A stretch of DNA of 64,000 nucleotides from an uncultured Smithella sp. (GCA_964646755.1 CAZYIE010000011.1:4681-68680); one strand, 5' to 3'. Numbered from the stretch's first letter, positions 48,033-57,504 are shown. Notes: generated by a model not told the origin, from the letters alone. Translations and numbers: made by a program.

Positions 48033-48941
48033 ATGGTGCCCCGAATTTCAACAGAATTCACGGCTATGATGGGAATTCGTTATCCGATTATCGGGGCGCC
48101 AATGTTTTTAGTATCATATGAAGAACTAGTGGTTGCCGTCTGCAATGCCGGAGGATTGGGGATGCTTCCCCTGCCGAATTATCGCACGACGGAACAGTTG
48201 CGGCAGGCCATGGAGGTTATCCGTTCCCAAACGGAGGCGCCGGTGGGTGTCAATATTCATCTCTCCGGGAAGTTTCCCTGGCAGGAACAACTCTCCATCT
48301 GTCTCGATTACGGTGTCAAATTTTTCATTACATCCCTGGGAGATCCCCGTCTGATTCTGGATGCCGTGCATGCCGGCGGGGGATTGGTATTTGCTGATGT
48401 TGTTTCCCTGGCCCAAGGGCGTAAAGCCCGCGAGGGAGGAGTAGATGGCCTGGTGGCTGTAGGGGCCGGGGCCGGGGGCCATGGCGGGCGGGTGTCCACA
48501 CTTATTCTCGTGCCCTATCTTAGAGAGAAAATCGGACTGCCCGTTGTTGCGGCCGGGGGAATCAGTACAGGAGCGCAGATGGCCTCAGCAATTGCCTGCG
48601 GCGCCTGTGCGGTGATCGTGGGGACGCGACTTGTCGCCACACCCGAATCCCGCGCATCCGATGCCTACAAACAGGCGCTTATAGATACTGATCCCGAGGG
48701 GATAGTCTGTACAAACCGGGTAACTGGAAACCCGGCGAACTGGATCGCAGCAAGTATCGCGGATATAGAGGAGAGGCCGCCGCTGACGTCGAAAAAATGG
48801 CTCGATTTCTGGAGTGCCGGGCAGAGCGTGGCCCAGGTGCAAGATATAAAACCGGCGGCACAGATTGTCGCCGAAATGGTAAATGAATATTGCGAAACGT
48901 GCCGGCGGCTGCCGGGCACGATGATGTCAGAAGAATTGTGA
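48033..48941 (+). CDS. nitronate monooxygenase / FabK-like FMN enoyl reductase family protein
   Basis: 302 aa. Motifs are YPIIGAPM, AGGLGMLP and AAGGISTG. Confidence 0.82.
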   Translation: MVPRISTEFTAMMGIRYPIIGAPMFLVSYEELVVAVCNAGGLGMLPLPNYRTTEQLRQAMEVIRSQTEAPVGVNIHLSGKFPWQEQLSICLDYGVKFFITSLGDPRLILDAVHAGGGLVFADVVSLAQGRKAREGGVDGLVAVGAGAGGHGGRVSTLILVPYLREKIGLPVVAAGGISTGAQMASAIACGACAVIVGTRLVATPESRASDAYKQALIDTDPEGIVCTNRVTGNPANWIAASIADIEERPPLTSKKWLDFWSAGQSVAQVQDIKPAAQIVAEMVNEYCETCRRLPGTMMSEEL

Positions 48942-48960
48942 TCATGTAAGGAGGTCAACC

Positions 48961-50145
48961 ATGAGTAAACTGAAAGGTAAGGCGGCGTTCATTGGGATCG
49001 GCGAGGTTCCCACAGGACGCTTTCCGGAGACAGCGGCGATCTATCATGCGATAGAATCAGCTAAGCTGGCGATACGTGATGCGGGAATAAACAAGGATGA
49101 GATTGATTATGTGCTGCCGACGGCAGCCCTGTATAGTCCTGCATTCAATACGGAGCTGGTGACGTGCCGTGTTGTGGAAGAACTGGGATTGAAAAATGTG
49201 AAGAAGAACTGCCAGTTATTCGCGGGTGGATCAAGCAGCACTTGCATCACGGAGGTCGCGGCAAGTCTGATTAACAGCGGCGCGGCAAATACGATTTTAT
49301 TCGTTCATGCGGACCGGTTGGGAACGGGAGTAACCGCCCAGGGCGGCATTGACCTGTTCTCGACGGCGGGAATATCGGCGGAGTGGGAAGTGCCCTTCGG
49401 TCAGCACTATTCGGCGATAGCGGCGCTGTCCACAATGCGTTACAAACATGAGACGGGATGCACGGATGAACAACTGGCGGCGGTCTGTGTTTCGAATCGC
49501 AAATGGGCGCTGTTGAATCCCAATGCTTTTTTTAATAAACCGTTGACAATAGAAGAGGTGATGGCATCGAAAATGCTGTCAACGCCGCTGCGGGCGAAGA
49601 TGTCGAATATGTTGTTCGACGGCGGCTGTGCTTTTATTATAACGTCGGCTGAGCGTGCCCGCGCTGTTGCGAAGAAACCGGTATATCTGCTGGGCGAAGG
49701 TGGTGTGGTGACACACTTCGTGTTTTCCCAGGAGCCGGATGTGGCGCGTTTCGGTTGGGCGCGAGCGGGAAAGGCCGCGTTCGAGATGGCGGGGCTTACG
49801 CCGCAGGACATGGATATTGCGGAGATTTATGATTCCTATCCTATCTATCAGATGATCGGTTTTGAAGAGCTGGGCTTTGCCAAGCGTGGCGAGGGTGGCG
49901 AGATGTTCCTGCGCGGCGATACTTGGCCCGGTGGTAAGATGCCGACGACGACCAATGGCGGGATGCTGTCCCAGGGTCATACAGGCGCGGGCGGAGCCTG
50001 CGCCCTGATGGTGGAGACAGTGCGTCAGTTGATGGGCAAAGCCGGAGATCGTCAGGTTAAGGATGCGAAATTCGCCGTGGAAACGGCTGTTGGAGGGACC
50101 TACATGGATGCCCAGGTGACAATTCTGGGGACAGAAATTCCGTAG
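48961..50145 (+). CDS. SCP-x/Ltp-type thiolase-fold protein, partner of the downstream DUF35 protein
   Basis: 394 aa. Contains NGGMLSQGHTGAGGA. The expected nucleophile region reads FAGGSSSTC. AAGGAGG RBS is present. Confidence 0.85.
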   Translation: MSKLKGKAAFIGIGEVPTGRFPETAAIYHAIESAKLAIRDAGINKDEIDYVLPTAALYSPAFNTELVTCRVVEELGLKNVKKNCQLFAGGSSSTCITEVAASLINSGAANTILFVHADRLGTGVTAQGGIDLFSTAGISAEWEVPFGQHYSAIAALSTMRYKHETGCTDEQLAAVCVSNRKWALLNPNAFFNKPLTIEEVMASKMLSTPLRAKMSNMLFDGGCAFIITSAERARAVAKKPVYLLGEGGVVTHFVFSQEPDVARFGWARAGKAAFEMAGLTPQDMDIAEIYDSYPIYQMIGFEELGFAKRGEGGEMFLRGDTWPGGKMPTTTNGGMLSQGHTGAGGACALMVETVRQLMGKAGDRQVKDAKFAVETAVGGTYMDAQVTILGTEIP

Positions 50146-50164
50146 GATGAAAGGAGATAAGAAG

Positions 50165-50584
50165 ATGGATACACCCGTAAAACCAAAACCGGTTCCCGTA
50201 GTTAATCCCTGGGCGAAGCCCTTTTGGGATGCTGCCCGGGAAGAGAAACTGGTTATTCAGCATTGCAAGGACTGTGGGGCGAATATTTTTTATCCGCGGA
50301 TTGCCTGTCCGAATTGTTTTTCGGATAATGTAGAGTGGATTCAGGCATCGGGGAAAGCGACAGTTTATACTTACACGGTCGTGGAGAGCAATCCCCCGTC
50401 GGCTTTTATTGTTGATCTGCCGTATGTAGTAGCGGTGGTGAAACTGGCGGAAGGGGTTCAGATGTTGAGCAATATTGTGGGTTGCAAGCCGGAGGATGTG
50501 CGTTGCGACATGCCTGTGGAGGTAGTGTTCGAGACGCTCAACGAGGAGTTTAAGCTTCCCAAGTTCCGTCCTGTAAGTAAATAG
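50165..50584 (+). CDS. DUF35 Zn-ribbon plus OB-fold protein
   Basis: The Zn ribbon is CKDCGANIFYPRIACPNC and the OB segment is GKATVYTYTVVES...VVAVVKLAEGVQ. ATG 50165 follows AAAGGAGA. The track start is at 50147. Confidence 0.85.
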   Translation: MDTPVKPKPVPVVNPWAKPFWDAAREEKLVIQHCKDCGANIFYPRIACPNCFSDNVEWIQASGKATVYTYTVVESNPPSAFIVDLPYVVAVVKLAEGVQMLSNIVGCKPEDVRCDMPVEVVFETLNEEFKLPKFRPVSK

Positions 50585-50612
50585 GGAACGGCTATTTTAA
50601 GGAGAGTCAACG

Positions 50613-51062
50613 ATGACGCAGAAATATTACGAAGATTTTGATATCGGGTTTAATTTCAAGACGCTGTCCATTACGGTGACGGAAACGCACGTGGTAAACT
50701 GGGCCGGTCTGACGATGGATTTTTACCCGCTGCATATGGACGCTGAGTTTTGTGCAAAGACGGTATTTAAGGAGCGGATCGCCCATGGTCCTTTGATTTT
50801 CGGCATGGCCGTCGGTATGGCTGGTCTGGCGAAAATGGAAGGTGGTTCGATCATTGCCTGGATGGGTGCGGATAAAATGCGGATGCTGGCCCCGGTAAAG
50901 TTCGGGGACACGATTACGCTCTATGTGGAAGTTGTGGAGCGCAAAGAAACGAGTAAACCGTCGCAGGGGTTGCAGACTTGGCGCTATACTGTGAAGAACC
51001 AGCGCGACGAGGCCGTCATGGTTTTCGATATGAAGTTTCTCATGCAACGGAAGGCTGTATGA
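50613..51062 (+). CDS. MaoC-like (R)-specific enoyl-CoA hydratase (single hot-dog fold)
   Basis: 149 aa. Contains TVTETHVVNWAGLTMDFYPLHMD...AHG. AAGGAGAG RBS is present. Confidence 0.85.
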   Translation: MTQKYYEDFDIGFNFKTLSITVTETHVVNWAGLTMDFYPLHMDAEFCAKTVFKERIAHGPLIFGMAVGMAGLAKMEGGSIIAWMGADKMRMLAPVKFGDTITLYVEVVERKETSKPSQGLQTWRYTVKNQRDEAVMVFDMKFLMQRKAV

Positions 51063-51132
51063 CGTCTGATTTGTCAGAAACCACGAATTTATTCAGGGGT
51101 ATCTGAGCGAAATCATCGGAAGGAGACCGAAA

Positions 51133-52281
51133 GTGGATTTTAATTTTACAGATAAGCAGAATACATTGCGTGACAAGGTGCGGGGATATGTAGATAACAA
51201 TATTGCCCCGGCCTTGATCCGAGAAATTGAAGAAAAGGATGAGTTCCCCCATGATCTGGTGAAGAAATTTTGTGATCTGGGTCTGGCCAAAGTCAATATA
51301 CCTGAGGCTTACGGTGGTCTGGGAGGCGACATCGTGGATCTGATGATTGTCTTTGAGGAGATCGCTAAAAAACTTCCGGTGCTGTGCTGGAACCTGGGCA
51401 ACATCCTCTTGTATGGCAATGAAATTATCGGCGTTAACGGTAATCAGGAACAAAAGGACGAATTCCTGCCGAAACTGGCCGCAGGCGAAATCATGTTCAG
51501 TTTTGCCATTACGGAACCGAACGCCGGGTCCGATGCCGCCAGTATTAAAACGCGGGCGTTTTTCGAAAACGGGCATTACGTGATCAATGGCGGCAAGATG
51601 TTCATTACCGGTGCGGGGGTTTCGACTTATGCGGTGACGTTTGCCCGGACGGCTGAATCTAAATACAATGGGATCACGTCTTTTATCGTGGACAAGTCCC
51701 TGGAAGGCTACAGCGCTAAAAACATCAAGAAGCTCGGCTTTCACGGCTCCAATACCTGTGAAGTGGTCTATGACAACGTCCGGGTCTTGCCGCGTTTTAT
51801 CCTGGGCGGAGAAGAAAAGGGGCTTAACAACGGCTGGAAACAGGAGATGAAGCTTCTGAATCAGGAGCGACTCGTTCTGTCATCAATGACATTGGGGATG
51901 GCGCAAGCCTCGTTCGATGAGGCTCTGAAGTTCGCCCGCGAGAAGATGAAGCGGACTGCTCCGTCAACGGATGTGCAGTCCATTCAGCACGACATCGCCG
52001 AAATGGCGTCCGAACTGGAGGCGATGAAGGTGCTGGCTTACAGCACTGCCTGGAAAGAAGCGCAGGGTATGGACCCGGTGCGGGAAACCTCTATGACCAA
52101 GTACTTCTGCGCGGAAACGGCCAAGCACATAATCATGAAGGGCATGAACGTCCTGGGTGCCAGCGGCGCTTCGATGGATTACGATATGCAGAGAAACCTG
52201 AGAGAAATTCTCATTTTTTCCATCGGCGGCGGTACTTCACAGATCCAGAAGAACATTATCTGCAAGACGTTCGGACTGTAA
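51133..52281 (+). CDS. acyl-CoA dehydrogenase (standard ~380 aa form)
   Basis: 382 aa with a GTG start after GGAAGGAG. Contains FAITEPNAGSDAAS and SIGGGTSQIQKNII. Confidence 0.92.
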   Translation: MDFNFTDKQNTLRDKVRGYVDNNIAPALIREIEEKDEFPHDLVKKFCDLGLAKVNIPEAYGGLGGDIVDLMIVFEEIAKKLPVLCWNLGNILLYGNEIIGVNGNQEQKDEFLPKLAAGEIMFSFAITEPNAGSDAASIKTRAFFENGHYVINGGKMFITGAGVSTYAVTFARTAESKYNGITSFIVDKSLEGYSAKNIKKLGFHGSNTCEVVYDNVRVLPRFILGGEEKGLNNGWKQEMKLLNQERLVLSSMTLGMAQASFDEALKFAREKMKRTAPSTDVQSIQHDIAEMASELEAMKVLAYSTAWKEAQGMDPVRETSMTKYFCAETAKHIIMKGMNVLGASGASMDYDMQRNLREILIFSIGGGTSQIQKNIICKTFGL

Positions 52282-52307
52282 AATCGAGAAAGGGAGGATA
52301 TCAATAC

Positions 52308-54317
52308 ATGGGACAGATTTTTGCCTGTGAAAATCAGGATGGTATAGCCGTGGTAAGGTTTGATGTACCCGGCGAACAGATGAATACATGGACAGAAGGA
52401 GCCATTGCGGATTTTAACACTATGCTGGCATTCCTGGAAAAAGAGAAAAGCGCTTATAAAGGGGTGATCTTCATATCCGGCAAAGCTTCTAATTTTCATG
52501 CCGGCGCCAATCTCAATATGTTGGGATCGGAGAAGAATCTCGACGACTTCCGTAAAGGGTGCGATGAGTTCAACGGCATGTTTGTCCGTCTGGAGAATCT
52601 CGGGATTCCTACAGTGGCCGCCATTAATGGCCCCTGCATGGGTGGAGGTTACGAATTTGCCCTGACGATGATGGCACGGATGGCGACCGACAGCAAGCGA
52701 ACTACCATCGGCCTGCCCGAGTGTAACGTAGGAGTTATCCCCGGAGCGGGTGGCACGCAGCGTCTTCCCCGCCTGATCGGTTATCCTGCTCTGGATTTTA
52801 TTCCCCGAGGCGCGGTACTTCCGGCGGCCAAGGCAATGGAAGCAGGCATGATCGACCGGGTCATCCCGGAGGCGGACGATCTGCTGGCGAAAGCGAAAGA
52901 ATTTTTATTGGAAATAGTTGCCGGTACGGCCGGATTAAAGCGGGCGAAACCGGATCTTTCCTCTCTGGATGCAGCCCTGGAGGCGGCAAAGAAGAATGTT
53001 CTGAAGGCGACGCGGGGCCGGGCAATTCCGGCGCCGATGCTGGCCCTCAAGGCCATGAGCGAAGGTTTGAAGGTGTCGATCGAACAGGGCCTGAAAATTG
53101 AAACGGATTGTTTTATCGAAGCACTGAAAGCCCCTGAATCCAAGGGAACGATTAACACGTTCTTCCTGAAAACAATGTCCGACAAGCCGAAGGCAATGAT
53201 ACCCAAAGGCTTCGAACCCAAACCCATCCGGAAATTCGGTGTGCTCGGTTTCGGCACGATGGGGCGGGGGATCATTATCAACATCCTTATCCGTACCAAA
53301 CTGCCGGTTGTCGTCAAGGATGTTCCCGAGGCACTGGAGCCGGGAATGGCATTCATCCGCGGTATTCTTGAGGGCATGGCGGCAAAGAAGCGGCTGAAGG
53401 ACCCTGTCGAAAGCCTGATGGCCCTGGTGAAACCTGTGGCAGAATGGACGGATGATTTCAAAGATGTCGACGTGGTCATCGAAGCCGTTTTCGAAGATCC
53501 CGCCATCAAGGATAAGGTCTACAAGGAACTGTGCCAGGTTGTGGCGAAAGACTGTCTGCTCGCGACAAATACATCGAGTCTGCCGGTAGACAAGCTCGCG
53601 GGAAGCGTCCTGAATCCGGATCGTTTTATCGGCGCCCATTTCTTCTCTCCAGTCTGGATGATGGAACTCCTGGAGGTGATCCGTGGCAAAGAGACCAGCG
53701 AGGCCACGGTGAACAACATGCTGGCGGTCTGTGCAGCTCTAGGCAAGCGCCCGGTTGTCTGCAACGACAACCCCGGATTCGTGGTTAATGCGATGCTCTT
53801 CCCCTACTTTATCAAATCCTTTGAGCTCCTGGCGGAAGGTGTGGCGATGGAAAAGATCGATGCCGCCATGATGAAGTTCGGCCTGCCGGTGGGTCCCATC
53901 CGTCTGACCGACGAGGTTGGGATTGACGTATCCTATCTAGTCCTGACGAAATCTTTAGGAATGGTGCCGCCTGTGGCCCTGGAAAATATTTATAAGGCCG
54001 GTCGTTACGGACGCAACAAAAACGGCAAGGGATTTTATACTAAGGAAGGCGCCCCCGATCCGGAGGCTCTGCCCCTGGTTAACCCGGACAATAAACAAAA
54101 GGAATATTCTGTAGCCGAGCTGCAGGAAATGCTCTTTACCCCCTTTGTCCAAACCGGATATGAGCTCTTGCAAAAGAAGGTAGTTAGTGATCCCCGGTCG
54201 ATCGATATCGGCGCCATTTGGGGAGTCGGCTTCCCCTCGGACAAGGGAGGTCCGATGAAATGGGCCGATCTTATCGGTTTGAGTGAGAAGCTTTATGGAA
54301 AGAAATTTTATAAATAA
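52308..54317 (+). CDS. bifunctional enoyl-CoA hydratase (N-terminal) / 3-hydroxyacyl-CoA dehydrogenase (C-terminal), FadB-type order
   Basis: 669 aa. The crotonase region is FHAGANL...CMGGGYEFAL. The Rossmann motif is FGVLGFGTMGRGI. Confidence 0.9.
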   Translation: MGQIFACENQDGIAVVRFDVPGEQMNTWTEGAIADFNTMLAFLEKEKSAYKGVIFISGKASNFHAGANLNMLGSEKNLDDFRKGCDEFNGMFVRLENLGIPTVAAINGPCMGGGYEFALTMMARMATDSKRTTIGLPECNVGVIPGAGGTQRLPRLIGYPALDFIPRGAVLPAAKAMEAGMIDRVIPEADDLLAKAKEFLLEIVAGTAGLKRAKPDLSSLDAALEAAKKNVLKATRGRAIPAPMLALKAMSEGLKVSIEQGLKIETDCFIEALKAPESKGTINTFFLKTMSDKPKAMIPKGFEPKPIRKFGVLGFGTMGRGIIINILIRTKLPVVVKDVPEALEPGMAFIRGILEGMAAKKRLKDPVESLMALVKPVAEWTDDFKDVDVVIEAVFEDPAIKDKVYKELCQVVAKDCLLATNTSSLPVDKLAGSVLNPDRFIGAHFFSPVWMMELLEVIRGKETSEATVNNMLAVCAALGKRPVVCNDNPGFVVNAMLFPYFIKSFELLAEGVAMEKIDAAMMKFGLPVGPIRLTDEVGIDVSYLVLTKSLGMVPPVALENIYKAGRYGRNKNGKGFYTKEGAPDPEALPLVNPDNKQKEYSVAELQEMLFTPFVQTGYELLQKKVVSDPRSIDIGAIWGVGFPSDKGGPMKWADLIGLSEKLYGKKFYK

Positions 54318-54400
54318 TAACTGAATCGTCAGCCGCCGGATCGCCCGCTTATTTTTAGAAACGAACGATCCGGATGACCGGCGAAAAGAGGAGGACTATT

Positions 54401-55984
54401 ATGACAACAATGTTTCACGGTATCAGCTGTGCCGATTTGTACGACCGATCGGTCGCGGCATTCCGGCAGAATACCGCCATTCTTTTCAATGACGAAAAAT
54501 ATACCTACGATGACCTGCAGAAGAACGCCTACTCGCTGGCGAACGCCATGCACAAGCTGGGGCTCAAGAAGGGAGATCGGGTTGGTTTTCTTATGGCCAA
54601 CTGCCCGGAATACATTTTCGCGGAGTACGCTCTGGGCAAACTGGGGATGGTTCGCATTCCGCTGGCCGTACTGCTCAATTCCAAAGATCATATTTACATG
54701 CTGAACCAGTCCGAATGCAAAGTGCTGATCTACCATGAGAAGATGGCAGCCCGGGTACAGGAGATGATTCCTTCACTCGAGACGGTCAAGCATTTCATTT
54801 GCGTGGCTAAGGATTCGGCGAAAGTTCCGGCCGGACATGAGCACATGCAGAGCCTTATCGCCAAAAATCTGCCGGAAGTGCCCAAGGTCGAGCATGATTG
54901 CGAAGATCTGGTCGGTATTTTTTATACCGGCGGTACTACGGGCCTTCCCAAAGGTGTGATGCTGACCCAGAATACCTGGGTGGGAACATTCATCAGCGAG
55001 ATGCTGCACCTTGGTTTGGATTGGGATGAAACATTTGCCTTTGCCACGCCTTTGACCCATGCGGGCGGTTGTTTGATCCTGCCGGTTCTGCTGAAACGGG
55101 GAATCTGCGAGATCCATGACCATTTTGATCCGAAGATATTTCTGGAGCGGGTGGAGAAGGTAAAGATAACGTCTACATTCATTGTGCCTACGATGATCTA
55201 TGTTCTTCTGGACCATCCGGACCTCAAAAAATACGATCTGTCGAGTCTGCGCAACGTAATTTATGGTGCATCCGCCATTGCTCCGGCCCGCCTGAAGCAG
55301 GCAGTAGATACTCTGGGTCCGATATTCACCCAGCTTTTCGGCCAAACAGAAACTCCCATGATGATCAGTGCCCTGTCCCGCCAGGAACATGTCATTGCGG
55401 ATCCGGAAAAACGGATGAAGATTTACACATCCTGCGGCAGGCCCGTGATGTCAGCCGACGTGCGCATTATCGGTGAAGACGGCAAAGAAGTTCCTCAGGG
55501 AGAATCTGGCGATATCGTCTGCCGGACAATAAACATGATGTCCGGCTATCTCAAGAATCCGGAACAGACTGCGGAGACAATCCGGGACGGATTTTTGTGG
55601 ACAGGAGATGTCGGCAAGTTCGATGAAGAAGGCTATCTCTACATCGTGGACCGTTCCAAGGACATGATCGTCAGTGGCGGCTTCAACATTTTCCCCCGGG
55701 AGATTGAGGATACCCTCCATGAACATCCGGCGGTAAAGAGTGCCGCAGTTATTGGTGTGCCGCATGAAAAGTGGGGTGAACTGGTCAAAGCCATTGTGGT
55801 TTTGCACAAGGATAAGCCGGCCACTGAAGAAGAGTTGATCAATTTCGTGAAGTCGAAAAAGGGAAGTCTGGTTACCCCCAAGAGTGTCGAGTTCTGGGAG
55901 GAGATTCCGCTCACGAATCTGGGAAAAATTGATAAGAAAAAGATCCGGGCACCCTTCTGGAAGGGCCATGATCGAAAAGTGTAA
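54401..55984 (+). CDS. medium/long-chain acyl-CoA synthetase (class I adenylate-forming, 527 aa)
   Basis: ATG 54401 follows GAGGAGG. Motifs are FYTGGTTGLPKG, TGDVGKFDEEGYLYIVDRSKD and LGKIDKK. Confidence 0.9.
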   Translation: MTTMFHGISCADLYDRSVAAFRQNTAILFNDEKYTYDDLQKNAYSLANAMHKLGLKKGDRVGFLMANCPEYIFAEYALGKLGMVRIPLAVLLNSKDHIYMLNQSECKVLIYHEKMAARVQEMIPSLETVKHFICVAKDSAKVPAGHEHMQSLIAKNLPEVPKVEHDCEDLVGIFYTGGTTGLPKGVMLTQNTWVGTFISEMLHLGLDWDETFAFATPLTHAGGCLILPVLLKRGICEIHDHFDPKIFLERVEKVKITSTFIVPTMIYVLLDHPDLKKYDLSSLRNVIYGASAIAPARLKQAVDTLGPIFTQLFGQTETPMMISALSRQEHVIADPEKRMKIYTSCGRPVMSADVRIIGEDGKEVPQGESGDIVCRTINMMSGYLKNPEQTAETIRDGFLWTGDVGKFDEEGYLYIVDRSKDMIVSGGFNIFPREIEDTLHEHPAVKSAAVIGVPHEKWGELVKAIVVLHKDKPATEEELINFVKSKKGSLVTPKSVEFWEEIPLTNLGKIDKKKIRAPFWKGHDRKV

Positions 55985-56008
55985 ATAATTGTCCTTGCGG
56001 GGATATGG

Positions 56009-56040
56009 GGGTAGGCAGACCGGTAAAGGTCTGCCTACCC
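56009..56040 (+). other. perfect 13-bp stem-loop between the CoA ligase and the next ACAD
   Basis: GGGTAGGCAGACC, loop GGTAAA, then GGTCTGCCTACCC. There is no U-tract. Confidence 0.65.
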
Positions 56041-56074
56041 TAAACTCAGAATGTAAAGAGAAAAGGAATAAAAA

Positions 56075-57217
56075 ATGGATTTCGCACTGACTGAAGAACA
56101 GGGATTTGTTAAAGATACGATACAGAAGTTTGTGGCGAAAGAGTGTGAGCGGGAAGCCATCAAAAAAATGGATGAAGAAGGGATATTCCCCGGAAAACTC
56201 TTTGGCAATGTGGCCGATATTGGTCTTTGCGCGTTAACCGTTCCCGAAGCCTATGGCGGCGGTGGACCCAATACCTTGGGGGCGGTTATCGTGACCGCCG
56301 AACTTGCGGCCATTTATCCCGCATTGGCCGGAGCTTTTGCCACCCAGAGTTTTTGCGGGGGCAAGGTTATTGCCGATGTAGGGACCGAGGCGCAGAAAAA
56401 CAAATATCTTCCCGGTGTGATTGATGGATCAGCACTGATTACGCTAGCCCTGATGGAACCGGGGCAGGGTTATGAGGAAACGGGCAATATGACGATAGCC
56501 CGGCCGGAAGGTGAACAGTTTGTTCTCAACGGAACAAAAACGTTTGTGCGCCTGGCCGATCGGGCCGCTTTTATGATTACACGCGTTGCGATAGCGAGCA
56601 CCGAAGGTGTCCCGGCTTTTCTGATTGTCGATATGAAGAGCCCCGGGATCGTTGTCCGTCCGCTTGCGCAGGTCGGATTTCACGGCATGAGCCTTTGTGA
56701 GGTGTCGCTGAACTCCGTTACTGTTGGGGCAAGTGAGCGTCTCGGTGGTGATGCCGACGCAGCAGCTGAGCAAAAGAAATTTGAACGGATCATGAGCGCC
56801 GAACATCTGGCTGTCGCAGCCTGCGGGATGGGACTGGCGAAGGGCGCTTATGAATATGCGCTCAATTATGCCAAGGAGCGCTCACAGTTCGGCCGGCCGA
56901 TTATCAAGTTTGGCGCCATCCAGGAAATTCTGGTGGATATGGCCCAACACGTACGCGTAGCGGAGCTGATGACTTGTCAGGCTGCATCTCTTGCTGATCA
57001 AGGGAAGGATTGTCTGGCTGAAATTATTCAGGCGCGGCTGGTGGCAACCCAAGCGGCGCGCAAGGCATCACTGCATTGTGTGCAGATTTTCGGTGGCTAT
57101 GGTTATGCTATGGAATACGATGCTCAACGTTATTTGCGGGATGCCATGGTAGTGCTCAGCGGAGGCGGAACCAAGCAGACCTTAAGCAACACGCTGGCGT
57201 CACTCTGGAATTATTGA
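56075..57217 (+). CDS. acyl-CoA dehydrogenase (standard ~380 aa form)
   Basis: 380 aa. It is ACAD-like throughout (..LALMEPGQGY.., ..FGGYGYAMEYDAQRYLRDA..). Confidence 0.88.
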   Translation: MDFALTEEQGFVKDTIQKFVAKECEREAIKKMDEEGIFPGKLFGNVADIGLCALTVPEAYGGGGPNTLGAVIVTAELAAIYPALAGAFATQSFCGGKVIADVGTEAQKNKYLPGVIDGSALITLALMEPGQGYEETGNMTIARPEGEQFVLNGTKTFVRLADRAAFMITRVAIASTEGVPAFLIVDMKSPGIVVRPLAQVGFHGMSLCEVSLNSVTVGASERLGGDADAAAEQKKFERIMSAEHLAVAACGMGLAKGAYEYALNYAKERSQFGRPIIKFGAIQEILVDMAQHVRVAELMTCQAASLADQGKDCLAEIIQARLVATQAARKASLHCVQIFGGYGYAMEYDAQRYLRDAMVVLSGGGTKQTLSNTLASLWNY

Positions 57218-57452
57218 ATCAACGTTCTTTGAAAAAGAAAAAGCTTTTTCTTTTATGGGATGATTTACCATCCATTCCCATAACGCATATGTAATAGTAT
57301 CAGTATCAACTTAATTGCAAATTGAAATCAGAGGTGGCGGCCTTATTGGGGTTGCCGTAAGCAGTTCCGTTTTTTCTGATGAATAAGATCGTAGGCAAGG
57401 GGGGCGAATATCCGAAAAGGGGGTGTTTTGCCTTGTCAAGGGTGGGGAGAGT

Positions 57453-57480
57453 TTGAACTCTCCTCTATGTAAGCTATGAT
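57453..57480 (+). promoter_or_regulatory. candidate promoter of ABC cassette C
   Basis: TTGAAC (57453-57458), a 16-nt spacer, then TATGAT (57475-57480). The GAGGAGG RBS is at 57492-57498 and the ATG at 57505. Confidence 0.5.
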
Positions 57481-57504
57481 ACTTTATTATTGAGGAGGCG
57501 ACGT

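Noticed and set aside
57233-57254. Perfect AT-rich palindrome AAAAGAAAAAG/CTTTTTCTTTT after the last ACAD, considered as a terminator.
   Set aside because: It has no loop and almost no G-C pairs, so it is thermodynamically weak. It may help termination, but the sequence alone does not support calling it.
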